This document shows positions 24,929-36,474 of a stretch of 64,000 bases of DNA, piece after piece (position 1 is the first letter of the stretch; every line of letters begins with the position of its first letter). A program made the translations under genes and the position numbers. The stretch comes from Camelus dromedarius (lineage: Eukaryota). The notes beneath the pieces were generated by a model. It had not been told where the DNA came from. It saw only the letters and a list, made by a program, of their open reading frames with translations, and searched no databases. The DNA lies in assembly GCF_036321535.1 (NCBI RefSeq), contig NC_087438.1, forward strand, positions 11,596,001-11,660,000, in the 5' to 3' direction.

Positions 24929-26738
24929 CTAAAAGAAAAACAGAGGCATGTAAGAAAAAGGTGCTGTGTATAATTTAAAAAGGAAAAAAAAAAACATTTT
25001 CAGCCCCATGTTTGCTCTTCATGTTAGACCCTTTTCAATCTGATCGGCCCCCAAATGAATTTTTTCATTTCATCCAGGCTATAAAAAATAGACAAGCAGA
25101 TAAAGATTAATGAATTGCCTCAGCTTCATTATTTTCAGTAATTCACCATTCTGCAAGTTTAATCTAGTTTTATTCCAGATAACAGGACTGAGTGTGGACG
25201 GCCGAGGAATATTTAGTACCCGGGAATCACATTATCATCTTTCACACATGCATGAAATTAAATACACTCTGACGAAACACGATAAGGAAGGAGTCCTCTA
25301 TTTGGAAATTTATTTTGCTCTCAACACATTTGGCTACTGCAGAAAAGGGATTTATCTCTTTCTTGGTGGAAAAAAATGTAAAAAGCAAATAAATGTTATA
25401 TAAGAACATCCATGAAAAATCATTTAACAAACTAAAATAATTACAAGGGAACTATAAAATTGTATGTTATGTGTTATTGGTACATTTCATATAGTTAGAC
25501 ATTACAGATATTACTGGCTATTAATTATCTAATGAGTAATCCATAAAGCCATTATTTGTCAAGATTTAGAATTTGTACATGAAAGAGTATCTTTGAAACT
25601 CACAAACTGTATGAGCACACACCATTCAGTGGGGAGAATAATTTGGTGTCCAAAGCATCAATGTTTGAATGGATTTATAGCACAAATGATGAAAAACCTT
25701 TCAAGGGTGTTAACTTGAGAATTAATCAGTCATGCTCCCACTTTGGCGTAATGGAGACAGAAACAAAACTAGGATTGCTGTGATGGTCTGTCTGCCAGCA
25801 CACAATGAAACTCAAAATAACCGGCATCGTCTTATTGTGTGGGAGCAACATGTGGCTTGTCAGAAGAATTCCTAAACAGTTTAAATAACCTTTAAAAACA
25901 AATGAGCTTAAACAACCACTGCCCATCGGGTGAATGTGGTATTTCCTTAATGTCTTTACTTACCTGAAGTCTGACTATGTGTATCTCCCAGTGGAAGTCT
26001 GCCACTGCTCAGAACTTCCCTCTGTCCCTCACTGCCTCTGCCTCTCATCGTATCATTCATAGATAATAGTTTCAAATATGCATTTAACCTTGCATATTCT
26101 TGGATGCTATTAAATTCTACGTTTGTTGAAGATGAAATATCAGAATGCATCTGAAATATTTCATTCTCTAAAGTCATTTACGTTACGCTTCTCTTAAAAA
26201 AACAGACCCAAATGACAAAGCTTGTGGAGTCTGTGACAAAGGTATTTGTAACCATTTTAATATGAAGCTTCATTTATCGAAAAGTGATTCTTGCTTCTAC
26301 AATTCTGTATGAATAATAACTGAGCTAGTCAATATTATTTTACCATTAGAAATGGATCAATGTATTTCGAGCACATGTTTGAAGTTGTTTTTTTTTGTTT
26401 GTTTGTTTTGTTTTTTTTTTTTTTAGCTAGCTTCCTGGAATAATTTTAGGCATATTAATTTCAAACAGCTAGGCATTGAATTTTAAACTGTTTAAATTTG
26501 CTGCCACCAGACAAGTGTGAAGTGTCAATGTCTGTGTCTCGTTTAGTTTTGATGTTCGTTAAAATTTGCATTAAATGCAACAACATGGTAAGCAATATAG
26601 AACACTACTTCCAGCTAATTCCATCCTAGATGGGTGCTGTCATGTCTGTATGCACCACGTGGTCCTTTGTCAGTTTACTAGTCACATCAAATTGATGAAA
26701 ACAAAGCAGCCTTTTAAATCCATGAGGCAAAGTTGTCC

Positions 26739-26762
26739 TGTGTGTGTGTGTGTGTGTGTGTG
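26739..26762. repeat. (TG)n microsatellite
   Basis: Direct reading of the sequence. Confidence 0.95.
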
Positions 26763-28367
26763 ATTTTCATATAATGGGCCACATGTTTCAAAAGACATAG
26801 GCCTGAAACACAGGAGCTGGGGGATCAAAAGGAATTGAAGAGGGTTCACCTCAAATGAGCTTTACATCCTGACATCTAGTTTCCTTTTGCCAGGAATCCT
26901 TTATGTTCCAGACGCATTACATAATTTTAGCGGAGTTCCATTTGGACAGCTCAGTATTGTGTAATTAATTAGATTTGGCTTCCATTAGGCTTATTAATTA
27001 GTTGGTCCAGACTGTCTGCACGCCAGTTCAGTAACAACGTGATGGTCACAGGCCGCAGGCACAGTGGAGTGGACCCTGCTGGGCCTTTGCGTCTGGGCGA
27101 ACTGGTGGGGGTGATTTTATGCTCCTGTAGTGTGTCCTGGGACACAGGAAACTGTGTGGCTTTGGGCTCAGAGTCAGCATGACTGCAAGGTCTGGGAAGC
27201 CGTGCTCAGGTGGCAGGTTTCCCACGTGTGAGGCTCGGCAGATCCTTGACAAGGACGGTGAGTGAACAAAGGGACAGACTTACTAAGAATAAGAAACATG
27301 GATGCTTTATGCCTGTTTGGTGTTACCAAGTTTAAAATGGGTTAACATTCAAATGCCTGGCTCTTTGAAGTGACTGGGTTTAAAATTACATCAGGGAGCT
27401 GAGAAAAAAAGAGTGACTCTTGATTACAATACACTGGGAAGCTCAATTATTTACTCTTATCACAGAAAGCATTTCTCATTGTGCATAGAAGAAGTAATTC
27501 GAGATTTTTGAAGCTTGTTTTTAAAGAAGGTTAAACTGTTCAAAATCTATAATGAGCTCTCTAAAATTTTCGGTTTTGTATCACTTCACTAACGATGCAA
27601 ATGTGTCTGAACGTGCAGAGACGTTCTTCACATCCTGATAAACATTCAAATTAGTAACTTTGCACTGAACAGCTATAAAGGACAGACCATTAAGGAAATG
27701 GAAGTTATTAAACCAACTAGAAATACAGAGATTTCTCTTTGAACACTGATGTCATTTTGATAATTTCTTTACCCACTATATACTGCTCTCTTATTTTTAC
27801 CATTATGTGCAGAAAAATGGGATTGTTTACATTCTTTCTCTAGGAAAATAATGTTTTTCCCACAACTAGGAAACACCCACTCAGCACCCCTGGCCTGGAA
27901 GTCACATATTATCCACCAGCCTCAACCGAAAGGAGCTGTGTGAATGGACCGTGAACTTGGACAATAAAAACAGAAGATGAGTGTCTTGGGGCTTCTCTCT
28001 CTCCACCCCAATGGTATCCAAGACCTGGATTTCAATTTGTAAGACACTTCTGAATCTTGAACAAAATTTGTCAATTGCTGAACACTTTCGTCCTCTAAAA
28101 TTTGATATGTAAATATGTGCATATTTTTTCATTTAAATTTCTTCCCAGGTTTGGAAAGGAAAGTAATACAACAGTAAACAGATTAGCTAAATAATTGCTA
28201 TTATTTCCTTTGTTTCCATAAGATGTAAATAGGTGTGACTCCCTTATATTCCTGAAAAGCTGTTCACTTCTACACAGCTATTGGACCTATGGTTTCCAAC
28301 AAAAATAGGGCCAATTGGCTCCTCTTCTGGAAGTCCATTCTCTTTAGCATATTAGAAGGTGTAATTT

Positions 28368-28550
28368 AATAATCATGGCCTGTATTTATCCAGGGATATA
28401 ATGTGCCAGGCACTTTTCTGATAAGTTATATGTATTAACTCATTAACAGAGGCAGAGAGAAGTTAAACAATTTGCCCAAAGTTAAACACCAAGTAAGGAC
28501 TGGAGCTAAACCCAGGTGGTCTGGCTTCCAGGTTCATGCTCTCAACCCTT
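28368..28550 (-). mobile_element. MIR SINE
   Basis: atgtgccaggcact...tattaactcatt...gaggcagagagaagttaaacaatttgcccaaagt...aaacccagg...catgctctcaacc. Confidence 0.75.
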
Positions 28551-28847
28551 ATACTGTCTAATAATTTTGCTGAGCTCTGATGACAATTAATCGCATGCCC
28601 CACTGTCTTTTCAGTGCCATGGCAATTTTCCTGATCAAAATTTCGAGTCTGCCTTCCCTGGTCTAATGAAATTGCTTTCTAGCTGGATGTCCAGCTGTGA
28701 GTTATCCGCTGATCCTCTGTGTAACTCCTAAGTCTACATTCCTGAGGAAAGGAGAGCCGCCCCAGCTGGGGTGGACTCCAGGCTCCAAAAGGGAGATTAA
28801 ATGTCTGGTTCAGCACATATTCCCTGTGCCTGGCACGTAACTGTTGC

Positions 28848-28956
28848 AGGAAGGATGAAAGAAATGGATGAAGGAATATTATGAGGAAGAGAGTAAAGAA
28901 GGGAAGAAGGAAATTGGAAAGAAGGGAAGAAGGAAGGAAGGGAGGGAAGAGAGAGG
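28848..28956. repeat. GGAA-rich polypurine low-complexity tract
   Basis: Direct reading of the sequence. Confidence 0.8.
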
Positions 28957-30971
28957 TTCACTCCTCAATTCAGTTTCACCTGACTTCTTTATGTTCTCCC
29001 CAATGCCACATACATTTCACTTTGGCCCCTCTTTGCCTCTGAGCACCTTCCTCCCTGGCACACAGTGCCCTTCCCTTTCTCACCTGGTGACATCTCTCAT
29101 CCATCCATAACTGGTTGTGATGGCAACTCTTCTAAAAAGCTGACCCCCTTCTGCCCCTCCTCTTCTAAGCAGAACCTCTCTTTGTGGGCCCCACAATCCA
29201 CTATTTATACTTCTGTTGCACGTAGATTTTTTTCTTGCTGGAATCCCAGATAAATGTTAATCTCCCTGTTGTCCACGGACTGCATGTCATCATGGAAGAC
29301 ACCCTCCCTTGTGTTCACCAAACAGCCTAACACACCTAGTCAATGCTTTAAAAATACTATATCCTGACTTTAGTTTCCGTCACCTATCTGATTGCTGGGT
29401 TAACATTCCCTCCACACCCATTCTATCATTGCCTGCAGGATAAACGTCCAGACACTAGTGAGAAGAGAGGTGAGACTTTAAACTCAGATCTGTTTCCAAA
29501 GCCTAAGTTCTTTCTAAAGTGTCCTTCTTTCTCTCTGACTGCTCTTACAGTGGGCCTTCTCTCTGCCCACTTAAACTGACACATCCTACATCTGAAAGCA
29601 AAACCAAAAAGGACATAATTAAACCTATCTAAAGGGTAGTTTTAGAGATGACAAAAAGTCAACAAAAGCAACAAGCAGCTCAGCAGAGTGCCAACTAAAT
29701 CTGCCCTGTGTTTTCCAAATGGCATTTTCATGTACTTCTTGAGTCTGAAAGTTGCAGTTTGTTATATGGATATTAACACAAACATGACACTCTCAGAGTT
29801 ATACTTTTAAAAATTTTAATGATGTTTGGAAAGAATTAAATAAATGTACAGTGGAAATTATTTAATATTCTCTTTATATACAACTATTTGAAGATGCAAC
29901 AAGTAAGGTCCATCAGTCCTAGAAAGATGCAGAAAACGTGTGTGGCCCCAACTTGGGAATCATTGTGTGTGAGGGTCCATGTGGGAGTGGTACCTTTCGT
30001 GGGAGATTGGATAAATACCTCAATAATGATCACATACTGCTGTGAAACCATAGCAACAATTGTTGCCCTCAACAATGAAATCTTACAAATTATCACAGGT
30101 TTATTACTGCCTTCAGACAAGAAAGGATGAGAGAAAAAGCTAGGAATTTTCGTTAAAGAAATGATGGGAGGCCAAGCCAAGGCAAGACCGAGTCTCCCCC
30201 GTGTATAAATGACTTCCAGCCAGCAAGCTGAGAACCGGAGAAAGGCGGATACTCCATCAGGCCTCCAGGAAGCTATTTAGAAAGATGTTCCTGTCATTCT
30301 GTTGTCTGAAAGAGTTAATGCAACTTCTCAATTTAGAATCCAATTTCCTCCCCAAAAATAACACGTGCTCACAGGGAGTGAGGCTGAACTCCGAGAAAGT
30401 AGACTCGCTCAGTGTGTATTAAATCATTCAGTCTGAAGCACTGTTTCATCTTTGCTTTTACAAGGCAGGCCAGATATAAATCATAGCTAATAGATTTGTA
30501 GTACAATGATTTATAGCATGCAGTGTGACAGGTGGGATTGCTTACTAGTGTCACAGGAGAGAACACCTGCTCTTAAGAAGTGTCCTCTTCACAAAAATGA
30601 ATTTAGCCAAAACTTATTTTCAGTCATTTTTAGACAGTGTTTAAATTGAACCACTAAAGTTGGGATTTGAAATGCTGGCAGAAAACGTCTCAATATGTGA
30701 TCAATTTGACATGCAGATAAAATATTCAGTTAATTATATGCCCATTCTTTGTAGAGTTGTATTTATAGGCTGCATATTAAAAGTGATTTCATGGTTTAAT
30801 ATGAGTCTTCACTGCAAGAAAAGCATTTTCATAAACTTATCAGACCTGAGATAAAAGTCAGACAAAAGAAGTTTGCTTTGCCTGAGAAAGGTGAAATCTA
30901 AACAGCCAAGAGAAAATAATTAAGGAAACCTGAAACTGCTTCTTTGAAATATTAATAAAATTGATAAATCT

Positions 30972-31233
30972 TAATGAGGAAAAAATCATAAGTTTTCTAT
31001 GGCAGGACAATCAAACTAAGACAGAAAGAAAAAACAAATGACATGGCCCTTTGGGTGTTGCCTTTTCCCAATGGGCAGTGTGCACCTACATCATACGTTA
31101 ACCAGACATCCTCAAAGCAGGAGGCTGAAATCAACCTTTGAGGAAAGTTGGCCCCTTTCTTCAGATGCCAGGATTGTAACTCTATGACTAATTTTTGTTT
31201 TTCATCTCATACAAGGGGTCGCACTGACCAAAG
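30972..31233 (+). repeat. ERV 5' LTR (U3 part only, truncated)
   Basis: Aligns by eye with 35980-36237, then similarity stops abruptly after accaaag. Confidence 0.88.
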
Positions 31234-34200
31234 CCTCTACCCTATATCCGACAATATCCACTCAGATCAGGTGCACTAAATGGAATAAGACTTATTATTC
31301 AGGAATTCCTTAAGAAAGGACTTATAATTCCTTGCCCAGTTCCTGCAATACTTCTTTTTCCCAGTAAAAAAGCCAAATGGAAAAGGCTGGAGGTGTGTTC
31401 AGTAACCTGAGGGCTATAAATAACAGTGCGATTCTTTGCCACCCTGGGGTTCGTAATCCTCCGACACTGCAGGGGACACCTATTATTTCTCAGTTATAGA
31501 CCTGTGCGGTGCGTTATTTAATATTCCAGGAGAAAAACAAAGCCACTTCCTCTTTGCCTTTACTGGGAAGATCGTCAATCCACTTAGACCATTCTACCAC
31601 AAGGCTACCCTGAAAACCCTACTTATTTTTCTCAAATACTTGAAGCTGATTTGGCTAACGTACACCCCCAGTGGTTCTGCTTTAATTCAGTAAGTAGATG
31701 ACTTTTGTGCTCTAGAACTCAACAGGACTGCCAAAGAGACACTATTCACCTATTGCAACAATAAGCCTCGAAGGGGCATAAGGTGTCCAAAGACAAACTA
31801 CAAGTCTGCTTACCAGCTGTGAAATATTTAGGTCATTTAATATCTAAGGAAGGATTGTTGATTGAAAGAATCAAGGGAATCTCAGCTTTCTCACTCCTCC
31901 AAACAAAGAAATAACTAAGAGGGTTTCTAGGTCTAGTTTTTCCCTCATTGCCAACCTCTCTATGCGTTACTTAAGTCTGACCAGTCAGACCCAATTGAAT
32001 GGTTGGTTGACCAAAGAAGGCTATAAATGCCTTAAAACGTGCGTTAGCCCAGGCTCTGGCATTGGGCCGTCCTAACTGTACGTTACCACTTTTCCTCTGT
32101 GCGCGTGGAGCTAGAGTAAGCGCCCCGGGCATATTAACTCAGAGGCATCGCCCCAGAGCGTATTACAGTCAGCAGTCAGATCCGGTGGCAAAGGGGCTCC
32201 CACCCTGCACGAGGGCCCTTCCAGCGACAGCTCTCTCATGCAAAGCTACTGAAGAACTTGTAATGGGATCTCCTCTGACTTGTTATGTTCCTCACTCAGT
32301 TGTATCTCTCTTAAATTCTCATCGGACTCAACACTATTCTGTGAGTCGCTTGGCCTCTTATGAAGTATTGCTTACCCTTTTCACCCATTATTACCTTGGC
32401 TCCATGTAATAGTCTTAACCCCACAACTTTGCTTTCATCACGTCAAGGTGACAACAGTGATGACTGTGTTACACTACCCAACCATCTTCCTACTCCTAGG
32501 GCTGACTTATAAGGAGCTCCACTGATAATGCTGATTCAATTTGGTTTACAGATGGATGAGCAGGGACATTATCGAGCTGGCTATGCGATAATTTTGATAG
32601 TGGAAATAATTGAAAGTTTATGCTTACCAGACACCAAATCAACCCAAAAAGCTAAGTTGATTGCATTGATTAGGGCTTATCAATTAGTCAAAGATCAAAT
32701 AGCCAATATTTATACTGATAGATGCTTTAGAGTGGCTCATGATTTTAGAATGCTGTGGAAACAGAGAGGATTTCTCACCTCTTATAGCCAGCCTATAAAG
32801 AATGGACAGCTAGTCTCAAAACTTTTAGACCTCATGCAATTGCCTACACAGCTGTCTATCATTAAAATACCTGGACATTCCAGTTCTGGCTCAGTAGAAA
32901 CCAAAGGGAGTCAACTGGCCGATGCTGCAGCTAAACAAGTTGCCTTAAGCCTTGTCCCAGTCCAATTTCAAGAATGTCTTTTGCTCAAACATAACTCTGA
33001 TGAAACTGCTAAGAAATTTCTTTTGCAGGCTCAGGAACTAGCTTCAGAGAATGAAAAGCAAGCCTGGAGGTAAAAAAGGAGTACTTTCTGATCCCATCTC
33101 ACAAATATGGTTCAGATCAAATAAGAAGCCTAAAAGTGCTCAGTTACCCTTACTCCAACACGTACCTTCCCTGACCCATCAGGCACCTGAGAAAATGATG
33201 TTATGGGGAAAACAATATGTCTGGAAACCATCACCCACTATAGTGGGAGCTATAGCTCATAAATTTTATGACTGATATTCTATCTGTCCTAAATATAATC
33301 CTGGTAAACTCCTTCCTGGCTCTTAAAGCCACTTCCCCTTCCCTAAGGGACCTTTCGAAGTTTGGCAACTGGACTTTATCCAGGTGCTTTCCTCTCAGGG
33401 CTATAAACGCATCCTGGTAATGGTATGCATGTTTTCACACTGGGTGGAAGCATTTCCTTGGAGAAGGGCAACGGCCTTAATGGCATATTACTATTGGAAA
33501 GAATAATTCCAGTTTGGGGAATTCCTTCTGAGTTGCATAGCAGCCATGGAACCCAGTTTGTTGGACAGATTATTAAATCCACTTGTAAGACTTGGCCAAT
33601 AATGTAGCATTTTCACTGCACCTATCACCCTCAATCCTCAGGACTAGTAGAAAGGACAAATAGCACTATTTAAAAACACAACTGGCTAAATTTTCAGTTA
33701 TTAATCTTCCATGGCCAAAAGCCTTTCCCTTGGTACTCCTCAATCTCAAGTCTATCCTCTTTGGCAAACATCAATTGTCTCCTTTTGAAAGAATTACTGG
33801 GTGACCTATGCATCTAGATGAAGTTGTATATGAACCAGTATATTCTACATTATTGTCAAGGACTCATCAAAGTGCTTAAAGAAAATGAAAAATTAATAAC
33901 TGGTTACTTCCACAGTGTGCATCTGGGAGATGAAGACCTTAAGGACCATGGGTTACAGCCTGGGGATTTTGCCTACTGGAAAAGACACCAAATGAAGCAC
34001 TCCTTACAACTACTTTGGAAAGGACCATGGCAAGCATTGTTAACAAATCCCTGTGCTGTAAGACTTGAAGGAGTAAGGTCTTAGATTCATGTTTCTCACC
34101 TCAAAAAGGTCCTCCCTCCTGAATGGACTGCAACTCCTATTTCTGAGACCAGGCTTCGACTAACTAAGAAAGGCCCCACCAAACCAGGACTAGAAGCAGA

Positions 34201-34250
34201 TGACAGCAGTGGCAGACAGCTAACCCAAGAGTCTGGACCAGGCCTATAAG
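31228..34250 (+). pseudogene. ERV pol (RT, RNase H, integrase) with many stops and frameshifts
   Basis: PKPLPYIRQYPL, PVKKPNGKGWR, FSVIDL, LPQGY, LIQ*VDD (YVDD with Tyr replaced by TAA at 31691), WFTDG, ANIYTD, IIKIPGH, GPFEVWQLDFIQ, WVEAFP, HPQSSGLVERTN, WKGPW. Confidence 0.92.
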
Positions 34251-34288
34251 ACTTATTTTACCAGTTCAAACTCCCTCTGTCCATCAAA

Positions 34289-35607
34289 ATGCTTGTCTCT
34301 CTATTAAAATTGAAAGTTATTCTATTTCCAGCTATGTTTTGTGCCAATGTTTAGGATGGAAAGAAAACTCTTTAGTAAAACTATCACAAAGTGTACCCAC
34401 TGTGGGTAATTTAACTGGTTGTTGGATTTGTCGTCAAATTCCTCAGTCACCACAAGGCCGATTTAAACCCCTTGTGATTCCTGTCACTGAATTTTCAGAT
34501 GTTCCTAATGTTACCACTTGGACAGACTTCCCTCTGGCCTAAACTTTCAGGTTCAAATTCTCCAAAACATTAATATATCATCCCTTGCCTGACACTATCC
34601 TCAGTTATTAGAGACTGGACACAACTTACCCTAGGCCCCCCTTGCTCTGTCCCTTACTTAATTAACAGATGTCTTAAAGAAAAAAATACAAGTCACTTGT
34701 GTCAACAACTCCCCCACATCAATGATCATATGGATAGTTTTTGGAAAGCCTGCAAAAGAAATAACCTATGGTTTAATACTGTGTCAACAAAACTTCCAAT
34801 CAACAATAGTATCAATGAAACCACTCTGGAAGGAATCACTTGTGCTCCCCCAGGTTTTGTCTTTAAATGTGGTATTCAAACTGACCCAGCTTCCTACGAG
34901 TGGTCACAAAAATGTCTAAATAGCTGCCAAGTAGGTTTATGCTTATTGGAATGTTATGTTACCCCTCTATCTATATACAAAGAAACTGATGGACCTCCTT
35001 TTTCTTCCCATTACAAAGTCAAAAGAACCATGCTAGCAGAATACCAAGATACCTGGTGGCAAAGTCTTTTTGGAATCTTGGTTCCTAGTGCAGGAGTATA
35101 TGTGAACAGAGATATCCTTCGAAATCTATCAGCCACCATTGGTCAAAAGGCTGAAGAAACTGCAAAAAAGCATTGAAGCGCAGCAGAAATCCCTCAGTTC
35201 CTTAGCTCAGGTAGAATGAGATGGTAAGATTGCCTTAGATTTCCTACTGGCCAAACAAGGTGGCATTTGTGCTATAGCTCACGTTACTTGTTGCAATTAC
35301 ATCAACACGTCCAGAAGGGTTGAGAAATGTCTGGAAAAGATTTTCCCCAAAGCAAAATGGTTTCAAGGTATAAGAAAGACTGACCCTTTAAATGACCTTT
35401 TTTAGTTGCCTCCCCTCAGGACTAGGAACCTTTTCTGGCTCTGCTTTATAGACAATTGTTATTTTCATTGTATGTGTTATCATTCTTTTCTTTGTTACCA
35501 AATTATTTATGACACGTATCACTGCTTGTTTTAAGTCTACTGCCAAAAGCACACATATAGTGATTGTACAACAAACTGATACTATTGATCAAATATACAC
35601 TCTATAA
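34289..35607 (+). pseudogene. ERV env (SU-TM), disrupted
   Basis: CWIC (CxxC) at 34420-34431, CAPPGFVFKCG, furin-type KVKR at 35015-35026, fusion peptide, ISD-like IALDFLLAKQGGIC, CX6CC at 35268-35294, hydrophobic anchor IVIFIVCVIILFFV and terminal TAA at 35605-35607. The start position is uncertain. Confidence 0.9.
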
Positions 35608-35979
35608 TACTTCCTGCATCAAATATTTCTATGCTTGCTTACTGTATTTAATTAGATTACTGAGATAAAATAAATAATAATGCTTAAATGAACTGAAACT
35701 GATGATCACATCCGTATAAGATAATGGACATGAACACTACACATATAAGGTTCAATTGGCATAAGTTCTATTGGACACCCTGACATTGGCTCTGTTTCAT
35801 TGCCAAGCAACCTACTGGAACAGTTTCCTAAAAAGAAAGAAAGAATTGGGCTATCAAGACCCAGCATCGAGGGACATCATAGATCCAGGGCAGGTAAGCA
35901 ACCACCCTGGCATCAAGGGACCGAATAGTTGATCATCCGATGCTTTCTATCAAAAGACTTTTGGTCAAAAGGGGGAAGA

Positions 35980-36474
35980 TAATGAGGAAAGTATCATCAA
36001 TTTTCTATGGCAGAACAATCCAACTAAGACAGAAAGAAAAAACAAATGACATGCCCCCCTTGTGATAAGTCTTTCCCAATGTGCAATGTGTATTTCACAT
36101 TATACATTAACCAGACCTCCTCAAAGCAGAATGACAACCTTTGAGAAAAGTCAGCCCCTTTCTTCAGATGCCAGCATTGTAATTCTATTATTAATATTTC
36201 TTTTTAACCTCATACAAGGGGTCACATTCACCAAAGGTTTGTTCTGTACATGCATAACTGACTGAAAAAAATTGATGAACTGTGTGCACAATGCTAACTT
36301 GTCAATATGTTACATAAACTCTTTGCCTCAAAAGTATGTAAAACTGCATCTCTAACTCCTGATCAGTGGAGAAGTTCTCAGATCTTCTGAGAATCTGTTT
36401 GCCTGGTTATAATCCTCAGTTTGGCTTGAATAAAATTATCTTTTCTTTCTTCCTAGCTTGATTGTTATTTGATA
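35980..36474 (+). repeat. ERV 3' LTR (about 495 bp)
   Basis: Follows the PPT, contains AATAAA at 36429-36434 and ends near ttattTGATA, after which L1 sequence resumes. Confidence 0.85.

Larger units (their letters stand above)
30972..36474 (+). mobile_element. Defective class I (gamma-like) endogenous retrovirus: partial LTR - pol - env - PPT - LTR
   Basis: Direct repeats starting taatgaggaaa at 30972 and 35980, recognisable RT, RNase H, integrase and Env remnants in order, and a polypurine tract aaaagggggaaga at 35967-35979. Confidence 0.93.

Noticed and set aside
29884..30180. Overlapping hydrophobic ORFs as a missing MARCHF11 exon
   Set aside because: No RING-CH Cys/His pattern or MARCH-like peptide, and no convincing phase-compatible splice sites identified.
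32528..33073. 181-aa ORF as a standalone RNase H gene
   Set aside because: It is an open stretch of the decayed ERV pol. The first catalytic motif (WFTDG) is in another frame and the flanking pol sequence is broken.
34289..35607. This locus as a functional syncytin-like gene
   Set aside because: Multiple stops and frameshifts in both SU and TM, including a stop just before the ISD. The longest open piece is 159 aa.
24736..36474. Functional link between a MARCH ligase and the embedded env (an antiviral module)
   Set aside because: Envelope downregulation is described for MARCH1, 2 and 8, not to my knowledge for MARCH11. The ERV is dead and intronic ERVs are common, so co-location is most simply chance.
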